Source: Wickerhamiella versatilis
Lineage: Eukaryota
DNA: 64,000 nt
Reading direction: 5' to 3'
Assembly: GCA_030867685.1 (NCBI GenBank)
Contig: JAQOWU010000007.1
Span: 806,001-870,000 of the forward strand
Below, in pieces: positions 1 through 9,930 of the stretch. The notes beneath the pieces were generated by a model, which did no database searches, had not been told where the DNA came from, and saw only the letters and a program-made list of their open reading frames with translations. Position 1 is the stretch's first letter, and every line of letters begins with the position of its first letter. The position numbers and the translations under genes were made by a program.

Positions 1-1038
1 CATGGCTCTGATGGTAAGGACTATCAATATCTGCTCAAGGGTCATGAAGATCTGCGTCAAGATTCTCTTGTTATGCAGCTATTTGGCTTGGTCAACACGC
101 TTCTTGCCTCGAATCCTGAATGCTTTAAGCGCCATCTTGCCATCCGGCGGTACGCTGTCATTCCTTTGTCTCCAAAAGCTGGGTTACTTGGCTGGGTCCA
201 GAACTCAGACACCCTTAATTATTTGATCAAGGAGTACAGAGAAGGACGCTCTCTCACATCCATCGAAACTCGAATTATGATGCAGATGGCTCAAGATTAT
301 GACAGCCTCACACATTTGCAGAAAATTGAGGTTTTCACATACGCCTTGGATAACACAAAGGGACAGGACCTATACCGCATTCTTTGGCTCAAATCTCGTT
401 CTTCCGAGGCTTGGCTGAACCGTCGTACCGAATATACTCGCTCACTTGCGGTAATGTCTATGGTGGGTTACATCCTTGGTTTGGGAGATCGGCATCCCTC
501 CAATCTGATGCTGGATCGAATTACAGGAACTATAGTCCACATCGATTTCGGTGATTGTTTTGAGGCCGCAATATTGCGAGAGAAATTCCCAGAGAAAGTG
601 CCGTTCCGGTTGACCCGAATGTTAACATACGCTATGGAGGTAAGTGGCGTTGAGGGCTCGTTCCGCATTACCTCTGAACATGTTATGTCTCTCCTTCGGG
701 CAAATTCTGAGTCTCTAATGGCTATCCTCGAGGCTTTTGCAAATGACCCACTCATAAATTGGGGATTTGATATTCCTCGTCGCAGTGATAACGATGACTC
801 CCTTTCGCCTGCGCTTTTGGCCCAACCAGTGGGTACTTCCGAGGACCAAGGTGATGCTGAGCATCGGTCACTTCGTGCTCAGCTGGTGCTACACCGTATT
901 AGCGACAAGCTTACAGGTAACGACATACGGCATCGCAAAAACCTCAATGTACCTGACCAGGTCGACTTACTTATTCAAGAGGCTACGAACATTGAGAACC
1001 TTTGCTTGCACTTTGTAGGCTGGTGTGCATTCTGGTAG
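1..1038 (+). CDS. TOR: TOR kinase, C-terminal part (PI3K-related kinase domain + FATC); 5' end outside window
   Basis: Frame is open from base 1 ([21 protein letters not shown]), with [15 protein letters not shown] and PFRLTRM motifs and a FATC end GWCAFW. Confidence 0.97.
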   Translation, partial: HGSDGKDYQYLLKGHEDLRQDSLVMQLFGLVNTLLASNPECFKRHLAIRRYAVIPLSPKAGLLGWVQNSDTLNYLIKEYREGRSLTSIETRIMMQMAQDYDSLTHLQKIEVFTYALDNTKGQDLYRILWLKSRSSEAWLNRRTEYTRSLAVMSMVGYILGLGDRHPSNLMLDRITGTIVHIDFGDCFEAAILREKFPEKVPFRLTRMLTYAMEVSGVEGSFRITSEHVMSLLRANSESLMAILEAFANDPLINWGFDIPRRSDNDDSLSPALLAQPVGTSEDQGDAEHRSLRAQLVLHRISDKLTGNDIRHRKNLNVPDQVDLLIQEATNIENLCLHFVGWCAFW

Positions 1039-1232
1039 AATGAATGGTATTTTAGTTATGGTTATGAAAGAAGTATGGTTATATATATATATATATACTT
1101 GATCATCTTAAGAGCTCTCATATACATCTCATGAAATGTTCTTAAGATTACTCCAGCGTTAAAACCTATATACAGAGTATTCACGGCGAAGAGAGTGGAG
1201 ATATGCGTCAGATGTAGCCTCTAGTCAGCCAC

Positions 1233-1523
1233 TCAGCGTTGATCTAATCTTGCGCCGTGTTTCTTGCGGAGCTCTTCAAGCTCAGCCTCTGGGATATCAG
1301 GTATCCCAATGTCACCGAAGTCATCTGGCGTCAGAGCACGGTAAGTCCACCAGTAACAAAATCCGGCAAAAGTGGCGAACCCTGCACCAAGGAACATGTT
1401 ACGCACAAAGAACGGACGTCGTGCCCTAATTGCTGCTGCGGTCATCGTTCCATCTGAATTACGATACTTGCCACGAAGATTCACGGTCCTTACGCCTGAT
1501 GGCCGAACTGGTGAATTGGCCAT
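1233..1523 (-). CDS. COA3: Cytochrome c oxidase assembly factor 3
   Basis: MTAAAIRARRPFFVRN, one TM helix, then DDFGDIGIP, typical of fungal Coa3. ATG at 1523 preferred over the longer ORF start. Confidence 0.85.
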   Translation of the reverse strand: MANSPVRPSGVRTVNLRGKYRNSDGTMTAAAIRARRPFFVRNMFLGAGFATFAGFCYWWTYRALTPDDFGDIGIPDIPEAELEELRKKHGARLDQR

Positions 1524-1598
1524 CTGAAAATTCTTCTGACTAATCGCAGACGACGACCGCGACGTTACGTTCATCAACCCGTTGAATCCCCGGGTCGA

Positions 1599-1808
1599 AT
1601 GCCGCCCTTAGTGGATTATAGCTCAGACGACTCGGAGGACTGCGGTTGTGAAAATTTCAAATGGAGCATTGTGCCCAGCTCGCCACTAAAATGTCACATT
1701 CATGGTCATGACTTGATAGCATTATACCACTATCAGCAGCAGCTAACACAGGGTAAACGTTCGGTAAACCACGGGGTTGCCAACCCGCAAAAAAAGCGAC
1801 GAAGATAA
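1599..1808 (+). CDS. Possible small nuclear protein (LVDYSSDDSED N-terminus, PQKKRRR NLS-like C-terminus)
   Basis: 69-aa ATG ORF divergent from COA3. The acidic start resembles the N-terminus of Usb1-like proteins, but no catalytic HxS motifs are present. Confidence 0.3.
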   Translation: MPPLVDYSSDDSEDCGCENFKWSIVPSSPLKCHIHGHDLIALYHYQQQLTQGKRSVNHGVANPQKKRRR

Positions 1809-2032
1809 AGGTCCACTGTTGCATATACCAGCATACACCGTTCGGCGTCCACCTGGGTTTGTTCATGTTCCAATGTGCTGTTTGGTCATCTTGATTGGAG
1901 ATACATCGCATTAAGTCAATTTAAGTTGTCTAGAACTAGGTAAATGCTAGTTTGCTTCTCTATGTCTATTGTGTGTCTTCTATACGACTACTATGTAAGT
2001 ATGCGTTGAATAAGTAAGTTTCAGAAGGCTCT

Positions 2033-3571
2033 CTATAGTGTGAGAGGAAGCAAAAATCTTTTATCGGAAAGTGAGCTTTCAAAAGATTTAACCAGATCGA
2101 ATTCAGTGGTCGTTTTCCGCGAAGCAGATAGATCTTCTGGATGACAGCGCTTTCTATTATTACTTCCCAGACGTCTTCGAAAAGGACGTGACGAATCATC
2201 GCCGCCTTGCGTGGGGAAAAGTTTGGCCTCCACATGTTCCTGATAGTATCGACGCAGCGAAGGGTTAATCTGAATATTCTTGACACCCAGGTTAATCTCG
2301 TATTCGACTTTTATAAGACGTTCCTCACGCAAGTGCCGAGATGTAATTTGGTGACACTTCTTTGGATTTTCACCTATGTCCTGAAGCTCATTTGTGGTCG
2401 ACTTGCGGACTTTGCCCAGCTTATCTTTTAGTTCACGCTCTAAGTTCCTTTCAAAATTTCCGAAGGCAACGTCAATTTTGTCCTCAGCGTCCTGTAATTC
2501 CTCCACTCTATCAGCATGACGGCTCCGAATGTGGCGTAAAAGACCATCGTGACGCGAGAAAAAAAGAGGACAGAGGCGGCATGTATGAGAAAAGGAATGA
2601 TGCTTTTTTGCCATATGGTTCTGTAATTCCTTAGCACTTGAAAAGCCAATAGTAGCCATAGGGCAGTTATCATCTATACAATGAAATTTGTTCGCACCCA
2701 ATGCCTTGTGCTTCGAAATAGCATGAGCCAATTCCTGCAACAGCGTGGAGTAAAGCACGTTGCATCGATCCTCGCCACACTTAGAAGATGCCTTTTTCGC
2801 ACGACTGAAAGCTAACAGCTGGGGTCGCGATGCAATCTTATTTATGACAGTGAACATCGCAGTGTCGAAAGTGCTAGTGGTTTTTTTTTCTGACTTCACA
2901 GGGCTCGGAGGATCTATAGAGACGTTAAATTGAACGTCATTGGTGGGGGGAGTGGAAGGTCGAGACGTGTCAACTGAGATGGCTGCGGTACTTTTTGCCA
3001 CGCTCTGATCGGAAAAAGGAGTCGACGGCCGGGACAGCATCGAGGAACCGTCCATGATATCATAAACATCGGGGAGCTGTTGATTGACCCAGTTGGGATC
3101 CGTAACCCATGGGGTCACGCCTGTAGAATACGGCTTTATTGCTTTGGCGGCTGAGATATTAAGCAATACTGAGGGTCCAACCGACTGAATAGGATTCCCG
3201 TCACCAAACAGGGGAGATTCTTGCTCGGGGGACGGGAGGGAATCCACGTCAGTCTCCGGTGAAAATACCTCGTGGTCAAGCGAACTGTACAGAGGGAATC
3301 CCAGGTTGGGAATGTCAATGCTAGGGATGATTGTAGGCTCCTGTGGAACAAGGGGAGCTGCCAGTGCATCTGCGGGCCAACCTAATGCAGCCGGTCCCTG
3401 AGTATCATACTGGCTGCTCAGCATGAAGGAATATGAATTGCCCGGCTCCGTCTTCCCATTGGAGACTTCTGTGCCGCTTAAGCCTGGTGTGGCACTGTCA
3501 AAGTAGTTCATCATCCGTATCTTCCAGTCAAGAAGTGCAGAGTTGCTGATATCTTTACGTCCGACATTCAT
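2033..3571 (-). CDS. C2H2 zinc-finger transcription factor, Rme1-like
   Basis: Three C2H2-type fingers (KCGEDRC..., FHCIDDNCPMATIGF..ELQNHMAKKH, TCRLCPLFFSRHDGLLRHIRSRH) after an acidic/Pro-rich region, with 1.4 kb of upstream intergenic DNA. The finger pattern resembles Rme1. Confidence 0.7.
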   Translation of the reverse strand: MNVGRKDISNSALLDWKIRMMNYFDSATPGLSGTEVSNGKTEPGNSYSFMLSSQYDTQGPAALGWPADALAAPLVPQEPTIIPSIDIPNLGFPLYSSLDHEVFSPETDVDSLPSPEQESPLFGDGNPIQSVGPSVLLNISAAKAIKPYSTGVTPWVTDPNWVNQQLPDVYDIMDGSSMLSRPSTPFSDQSVAKSTAAISVDTSRPSTPPTNDVQFNVSIDPPSPVKSEKKTTSTFDTAMFTVINKIASRPQLLAFSRAKKASSKCGEDRCNVLYSTLLQELAHAISKHKALGANKFHCIDDNCPMATIGFSSAKELQNHMAKKHHSFSHTCRLCPLFFSRHDGLLRHIRSRHADRVEELQDAEDKIDVAFGNFERNLERELKDKLGKVRKSTTNELQDIGENPKKCHQITSRHLREERLIKVEYEINLGVKNIQINPSLRRYYQEHVEAKLFPTQGGDDSSRPFRRRLGSNNRKRCHPEDLSASRKTTTEFDLVKSFESSLSDKRFLLPLTL

Positions 3572-4975
3572 TGTCAGGAAGATATAGATTTCTTATTCAG
3601 GTGGGATATCGGTAAGGCACTTAACTGTGACCCGTTACCTGGGAGATGATGCTAATGCGTGCTGATGATGATGCAGTAAATCATCGATAAGCTTATTGCT
3701 TGGTTCTGGAAACCCTCTGAACCCCAAAAAAAAGGCTTATTATATTCAAAGTATGGGTTATCTAGGATAATTCTATCTTGTATCCAAATTTATGGGCGAT
3801 AAATGTCCCAGTCCAAATGTGAAGTCGGATAATCACACCACTCGTGTATAAGGGTTTTCTGCGTGGCTCATGCAACCAACCTCGTTAATGCCAGTATGTG
3901 GGGTGCGTTTTGCAGAGTTCTTCTTGACAAAATCATTCTATGTTTCTAGGCTAAATAAAATCGAGTCTGGTTTCCCCCAAAATAATACTGACTTCTCCTA
4001 TCCCGGGCATCGGGACTTTAAAAAGAGCGGTCATACGACCATTTATCAACGCGGAATTAAGATATCATGATAAACAAAACCTATATTTCGCAAGTTTTAT
4101 TGAAACTTCTACCGATTTGCATCCACCTTTCCTATGCCCGACCAGGTCTCACATGCGCCCACTGGGTTATGAAAGCCGATTGTAATCCAGGCCCTGCTGA
4201 ACATTGCATGCAGCGTAGGCGACCAGTTCGGTTAGCCGAGATGACGCATCCGTAGCATGCGTGTGTGACCGGGGGTACGGTAGAACCACCAACAGGGACA
4301 CTGATCCGATTCGTCCAGAATATATGCTCTTAATATTAAATATACACAATGTTTTGCTTTCAGCCCATGGATCACCATATTTGTCATTAGCAACACGCAA
4401 CACGCCCGCATAGCTTTGCTTACGCAAAAAGCTTTGAAACCGACTAGATAGCATTCCTAGCCGCAGCCTACATATCGGTTGCCTAGGCGACACTTCCCTC
4501 AGCCCAGTTTGCGGCTTTGTTTTGGACAATACCCCACTCATAGCGGACCAGCGCTGGACGACCAGACTAATATATGAATTCAAAAAGCTATGTGATAATA
4601 TGAGTGACTCTTATTGGAATTAAGGGCAGGACACATTTGTCGGCTTACCCTCGGACATAGGCCGAATAGTAGCGCACATATCTGAGACAAGTCAGGGCAA
4701 GGGCACGCATTGTAGCACCGACGACAATCACCGGATCACGTGAAAATGCTTAAAAGTCAATTGGATGGTTTAGTGCCTGGGTTTCATCCTATAATACGCG
4801 AATCGCTCGTCTGACAGATCTTCAATTGTTGATCCTATGTGATCTTCACTTTTCCCCCGCCCAGTTATTATTTGGTTTCCCCACATTGATGGAAGGACAC
4901 TAGATCGTGGTATTTAAATATCTTAAGGCTGGTGGTGAATGCTACATGTTGAATAGAGGCCCTACTGCCAGCTAG

Positions 4976-6100
4976 TTACAGCTTAATATCCTTGAAGCCC
5001 CACTTCTCGGTTTGCTTCCGCCGAGAACGTCTACGTTTCTGGGGCATGCGTGCTTCTACAAGTCCCCGAGCTTGCAGACTGCGAAGGCGCTCCTTAAAAA
5101 GGTTTCCTTCACCCCGTACACGCCTTAGTGAATCGTCCAACTCATCAGACAGCTTGATAGCCAAGGGCTGATTGATTACTGGATGTCCCGAGTGGGCCTT
5201 ATTTAGTTTTCTGGGCCCCTTGGGCCTTGGCGCTTCCGACGCCGACGCCTGTAAGGCCGGTGTAGGTTGATAAAGTGAGCGACTCTTCTCTTTCAGCCGT
5301 CTTTGAAGCTCCAGACGCTGTAAGTGGCGTCGTTGCTTGTTGATTTGGGCACGGGTTTTCCGTCTTTCTGAGGCTGGTGGATTCACGGATAAGCGGCCCA
5401 ATTCGCTCTCCTCAGTCTCTATATCTGATTCCTCAGTCTCAGAAGCTTCTGGCGAGGGTTGCGCCATCAATTCTTCTATGCGAGTCTGCTCCGCTTCACG
5501 CTTAATACGAGCATTTTCCTCCTTTGAATACTTCTTTTGCTCCTCAGCGAGTGAAGCCTTCCACTCAGAGAGTTCTGGGTTATATGAGCGGCCACCGTCA
5601 GGAACCTCCACGGCCTCTGCGTCAGGCAAGGGAGGCTGCGGCGGGGCAGGCCGCTTGGTCACAACCGGTGCCTCTTCCTCATCTCCCCATAAATCCTTGG
5701 GGCCCGTTGACTTCACGAGGCCATCACGGGCTATTTGCGCTTGCAGCTTAGCTGCTGGGCTCTCGAATCCAGCAATCTTCTTAAGCAGTTCCTTGTCAAC
5801 CTTTTTTCGTGGCTTCTCCTGCTTTTTCTGATGGATTGATGGGATCACAGGGACAGCACTTCTCTTATTCAATATTTCATCGGATTTAAGTCTTTTCTCC
5901 TCCCGCATCTCGCGACTTAAATCATTGCTACTTCCCTTGACATCGATTTCAAACAGTGGAGCAGGTCCAAGGACAATTTCCTTCTCTCTGTTTGCCTCCA
6001 GATCCTGCTCTATATCATCAAGGTCAATATTCTTTCGCCATGACTTTTTGCCCTTACGACTCTTCTGCGCCGGTTGGGCTGGCCTTCCCATAGAAGCCAT
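4976..6100 (-). CDS. NOP53: 60S ribosome biogenesis protein Nop53
   Basis: SRKGKKSWRKNID, LFEID (Mtr4 AIM motif), SYNP, L.DSLRR..EGNLF and EKW.FKD motifs. Confidence 0.93.
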   Translation of the reverse strand: MASMGRPAQPAQKSRKGKKSWRKNIDLDDIEQDLEANREKEIVLGPAPLFEIDVKGSSNDLSREMREEKRLKSDEILNKRSAVPVIPSIHQKKQEKPRKKVDKELLKKIAGFESPAAKLQAQIARDGLVKSTGPKDLWGDEEEAPVVTKRPAPPQPPLPDAEAVEVPDGGRSYNPELSEWKASLAEEQKKYSKEENARIKREAEQTRIEELMAQPSPEASETEESDIETEESELGRLSVNPPASERRKTRAQINKQRRHLQRLELQRRLKEKSRSLYQPTPALQASASEAPRPKGPRKLNKAHSGHPVINQPLAIKLSDELDDSLRRVRGEGNLFKERLRSLQARGLVEARMPQKRRRSRRKQTEKWGFKDIKL

Positions 6101-6196
6101 TTTTTTTGCCCAAATACAATGAGAAAAAATTACGTAATATTATGAACTATATACAATGTAGTACGTAGCGGTCGTTATTCATGATATTGTGCCTTG

Positions 6197-6778
6197 CTAG
6201 TCGCTTTTAGCATCTTTAGAAGAGCTTTTATGTTTCTTATGCTTCTTCTTGGATATTTTAGCCCCGTCCTTCTTGGCTGAAAGTGATCCATCGTTGTGAC
6301 TTTTATCCTTCTTGGCCTTCTTAGCCTTCTTTGGCTTTTTCTCCTTGCTCGATTTCCGACGGTGGTGCTTAGATTCCTCACCATTTTCTGACTTAGTGCT
6401 ACTGTCAGCGCTGGAGCTTTTTTTGCGCTTGTCTTTGACCTTAACGCTGTCAGATGATGGTTTCTCAGGTGGGGACGATTCTATGGTTCCGGCTAAAACT
6501 TCACCAGGGAGAAACATTGCATATAGCGGAGACACAGCTTTTCTACGTGCTTCCTCGTCGACTGTAATATTCACCCCACTAGACCCCGAGGAAACGTCTA
6601 ATGTTTTTAGGTGGCCGTCAAAAACACGTTCCCACCATGCGTCCGAGGCGTGGGGCTTAAATCCAAGCCCGCGATTATCTTTGCGATGCTTCAGCAGGAG
6701 TGGCTTTCGAAGAGAGCCCGGTTTCAGGCCCTCTCCTTTCTTCCAGCCGAGACTCTGAAGATATTTTTCGGGGTCCAT
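6197..6778 (-). CDS. TMA23: G-patch-like nucleolar protein Tma23
   Basis: YLQSLGWKKGEGL, GLG, WWERVFDGHLK motifs and a Lys-rich tail. Confidence 0.85.
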   Translation of the reverse strand: MDPEKYLQSLGWKKGEGLKPGSLRKPLLLKHRKDNRGLGFKPHASDAWWERVFDGHLKTLDVSSGSSGVNITVDEEARRKAVSPLYAMFLPGEVLAGTIESSPPEKPSSDSVKVKDKRKKSSSADSSTKSENGEESKHHRRKSSKEKKPKKAKKAKKDKSHNDGSLSAKKDGAKISKKKHKKHKSSSKDAKSD

Positions 6779-6807
6779 TTCTTCGGCCTCGGGGTTACGT
6801 TATATGT

Positions 6808-8574
6808 ATGAATGAGGAGGAATGGCTTACAGCTATTGACACGGCATCCAACCCCTTAACGGTTGCCCGTGAGGCTTGTGAGGACTGTCCCAGCGCCCGG
6901 GTATGGTGCCGTCGACTGGCTATTGAGCCGAACCTTGAAGTCGCTAAGGAAGGACTGGAGGCGACTCGAGGATGGATTGACCAGTCATTCGCGTATGCTT
7001 GTGAAGTATTTGACTTGGTAGGGGCTGATTTTAGGGATGATGTGCTACATTTTGGGGCAAAACAGTACGAAAAACTTTTACAACCTCGCCGAAGCTGGGA
7101 AGATAGAGTTGCCAAGGATCCCTCATCACTGCTTCCCTATCTTGAGTGGGAGCTCGCAAAATATCAAACTAACGCGCGTCTGGACTTTTGTCGGCCTCTA
7201 TTTGAGAGAATTCTAACGCGTGAGAAAGGAACACCGGAGCTATGGTTGAGATATATACGGCATGAATGGGTTGATAAGCTCAGTCTCGCCGCCGTACACC
7301 TCCCTCAGCCGACCGATGCGGCCCAGTTAGGTCTGGTTCTAGTGGAACGGGCCTTGAGGAGGTTCCCTGGCGATCCGCATATTATCACGACCAAGATTCG
7401 CCTCCTTCAATCTGCACGTCGGTCATCTGACCTTATTGAAGAAATTGAGCGTATTGCAGACGCTCCGGAAGCAGTTTGTCTTCAACTATTTTCATCTCTA
7501 TGTTTTTTTGCAAGAACAGGGTCTATCGATCCAGAACCCATCGTTGACCTGTTAATTGAAAACCTGTTCCACGTGGAAAATAAAGTGATTTTAATTGATT
7601 TTATCAGAGGATTAGATTCAGAAACAGCGAATAAACAACTTCGCCGCCTTACGACACAGCGCTCGTTACCAGACCATATTTGGGCAGAGTTGATGGTCTA
7701 CCCGCCAGAATACGTGCCCATGATCTATCAACGTTACCGATCGCATGCGGACAGAGTTATTGCGAACGTCGAAAAAGCGACTCGCCACTTTTATCTTACC
7801 GAGGGTTGGGCTGCTGCTCTTGAAAAACAGCAACCGATCTGGGACTCGTTGCAGTATAAAAAGCAAACAGAACCTTTGCTAAAAAGCGGTTCTATGCCCG
7901 CCAAATGGTCTTTACTCATCTCTGGCATCTCAGAAAAAATATTAAGCCCACTAAAACCATCGCGTACCTTCGACACAGTTTCTGTTCTGGAATTCAATAG
8001 CCCTTCATCGAAGGAGAAGGCACGAGACCGATTGGCTATATATGGTCAGGTGTGGGATGGTGCGGGTACAGTAGTAAAGTGTGAAGGGGAAGAGCATCCT
8101 AAAAACGTTCTTGGAACTTTCAGACTAGGCCATCAGCTTTTTGCACAGTTTCGTGATGCTCGGCAAGCTAATGGAGGCCCCGTTATATGGCCCCAGCAAT
8201 TCGACGTGTCTATATCCGATATGGGGCAGGACCCCTCAATATTGGCACAATGGTGTCCACAAATCACTGAATATGTTGCAAAGCGAGGCGGTCGAATGAT
8301 TTATGCTTCGTTTCCTACATTGGCCTTGGCTAAAGAAGCTACCGACATCCTCATCAGTAAATCATTGCATGCACGACTAATGCTGCCGCGCGAGCGAACA
8401 GTAGTAGTTAAAGGTCCGGAATTTACCTACGAAGATGCTAAACTATGGGGAGCAGTGGAAACCTTTGAGGTGGATAGTTCGTCGTGGGTAGTTATTTACG
8501 GCACTCAGCCTATGGCAGCTCGGGCAATACTAGGTATCAATGGCTCGAAGGGTTTGGTCGCTAAAAGTCCCTAA
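6808..8574 (+). CDS. HAT-repeat/RRM protein, Prp24/SART3-like (divergent)
   Basis: HAT-like repeats (YLEWE..RPLFERIL..PELWLRYI..ERALRRFP) followed by degenerate RRM-like segments. First in-frame ATG at 6808. Confidence 0.6.
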   Translation: MNEEEWLTAIDTASNPLTVAREACEDCPSARVWCRRLAIEPNLEVAKEGLEATRGWIDQSFAYACEVFDLVGADFRDDVLHFGAKQYEKLLQPRRSWEDRVAKDPSSLLPYLEWELAKYQTNARLDFCRPLFERILTREKGTPELWLRYIRHEWVDKLSLAAVHLPQPTDAAQLGLVLVERALRRFPGDPHIITTKIRLLQSARRSSDLIEEIERIADAPEAVCLQLFSSLCFFARTGSIDPEPIVDLLIENLFHVENKVILIDFIRGLDSETANKQLRRLTTQRSLPDHIWAELMVYPPEYVPMIYQRYRSHADRVIANVEKATRHFYLTEGWAAALEKQQPIWDSLQYKKQTEPLLKSGSMPAKWSLLISGISEKILSPLKPSRTFDTVSVLEFNSPSSKEKARDRLAIYGQVWDGAGTVVKCEGEEHPKNVLGTFRLGHQLFAQFRDARQANGGPVIWPQQFDVSISDMGQDPSILAQWCPQITEYVAKRGGRMIYASFPTLALAKEATDILISKSLHARLMLPRERTVVVKGPEFTYEDAKLWGAVETFEVDSSSWVVIYGTQPMAARAILGINGSKGLVAKSP

Positions 8575-8696
8575 TTGATACAAGAATGGTGAAGTTGTTG
8601 CACTCTATGCCGGGAACCATGATTTTTTAATCTGCAAGAAGATAGTATTTATATTTTTAAGATACAAACAAGTTTAATGATAGGATCTCGGTAGCA

Positions 8697-8790
8697 CCCA
8701 TGTTGATTGGCCATCTCATAGCTACGGTCATCCCTCAACGACTCCTTTTGAAGCTTCCAACGTTTGTCTCACTCTTTGGCTGTCTGAGGA
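8697..8790 (+). ncRNA. Candidate box C/D snoRNA, SNORD53/U53-like
   Basis: C-like box ATGTTGA at 8700-8706 and D box CTGA at 8784-8787. The D box is preceded by TCTTTGGCTGT, complementary (with G:U pairs) to conserved LSU rRNA ACAGCCAAGGG. Confidence 0.55.
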
Positions 8791-8991
8791 TTTGGGTTTT
8801 TGTGAGGCCTAATTAAACATTAGAAATACCCACTCATTGGCCCGCAAAATCAGCCCAATCAGATCATTTACATATAATATTTTTTTGTTTTCCGGAATCT
8901 TTAATTAATTTTGTTATTAAAAAAAACTACTAAATATTAATTCTTAGTCTCGGGATAAATTAAGACTGTTATATTAAAAGACCTAGACAAG

Positions 8992-9828
8992 TTATGTGCT
9001 TTTCTGGTTTTCCCAGACCATGCGCTGGCTGAAACTCATTCGTTCGGGGCTTATTGCAAAAGGATCAATTTCTTCCGGTATACTTTCACGTGTATCGATG
9101 TTCCTCCTCATATGACCCGTTGAAATGTCAATGGGTAAGGACCCAACGTATCCTTGCTCCTGGGGACTCGCAATTTCCGGCGCTGAACTCAATTCAGGAC
9201 TGGACTTCTCTGGGGTTGACCTCTCGCTTTTATGGGCCTCGTCATCTTCGTGAGTTATGAGATCATCAAATGAAAATATAGGATCGGAGCCTATTACGGC
9301 CTTGTCTGGTTTTATTGGTACATTCGCAAGATCATGCTTTGGTTTTGCTACAAATGGTGCGTGATGATAGACAACCGACTCCGGTTCGTCCTCTGGTGGC
9401 AATGTGTGTTCTGATGAGTCGGAATCGGAATCGGAATCCTTTGATCCCTTAACATGCCCCTCATCCTCATTATCATCTGTTTCAAATACCTCTACTTGCG
9501 GTGGAGAATCAGAAAATGAGACGCGTTTTTCAGAGGATCCAGAGGAATGATGCTTCACAATTGATTTGAGTTTCGGTTTTAGAGCCGCCTTTTCCTCAGA
9601 CCGGCGGACATTATCTCTCCAAGCCACAAGCTCAGCATGCTTGCGTATCTCAGATTCAGCAAAAGACTCCAGTTCATTCACCCTTCGATCTACGAACGAT
9701 TGAACTTGCTCCACGACAGGCTTCTGGACTTCTGGTGGAGACTCCTCTAGATGCTGCCGAAGAGTAGGTGGCAACTGATCCCATAACGCATAAGCTGATG
9801 GACCATTGCCGCCGCCACCAACCGTCAT
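8992..9828 (-). CDS. Hypothetical protein with coiled coil, KLKSIVK and KRVSF (PP1-docking-like) motifs, acidic tail
   Basis: Long ORF with first ATG at 9828. RVxF motif seen; no family recognised. Confidence 0.7.
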   Translation of the reverse strand: MTVGGGGNGPSAYALWDQLPPTLRQHLEESPPEVQKPVVEQVQSFVDRRVNELESFAESEIRKHAELVAWRDNVRRSEEKAALKPKLKSIVKHHSSGSSEKRVSFSDSPPQVEVFETDDNEDEGHVKGSKDSDSDSDSSEHTLPPEDEPESVVYHHAPFVAKPKHDLANVPIKPDKAVIGSDPIFSFDDLITHEDDEAHKSERSTPEKSSPELSSAPEIASPQEQGYVGSLPIDISTGHMRRNIDTRESIPEEIDPFAISPERMSFSQRMVWENQKST

Positions 9829-9930
9829 GCACCACGGTGATTTCGATATTCGATTACGAAAGAGCTGATAGCACACATTATCGATATTAGGGTTTCTGGG
9901 TCTAGCCAACTGAAACGAGACAAACAACAG

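Noticed and set aside
1599-1915. USB1 call for the MPPLVDYSSDD ORF, possibly spliced at GCTAACACAG (1742-1751)
   Set aside because: No canonical donor, no HxS catalytic motifs, and too little space for a Usb1.
3870-4583. Short ORFs and a GC-richer stretch upstream of the zinc-finger gene as a possible gene or ncRNA
   Set aside because: No recognisable protein or RNA motifs; most simply a long promoter.
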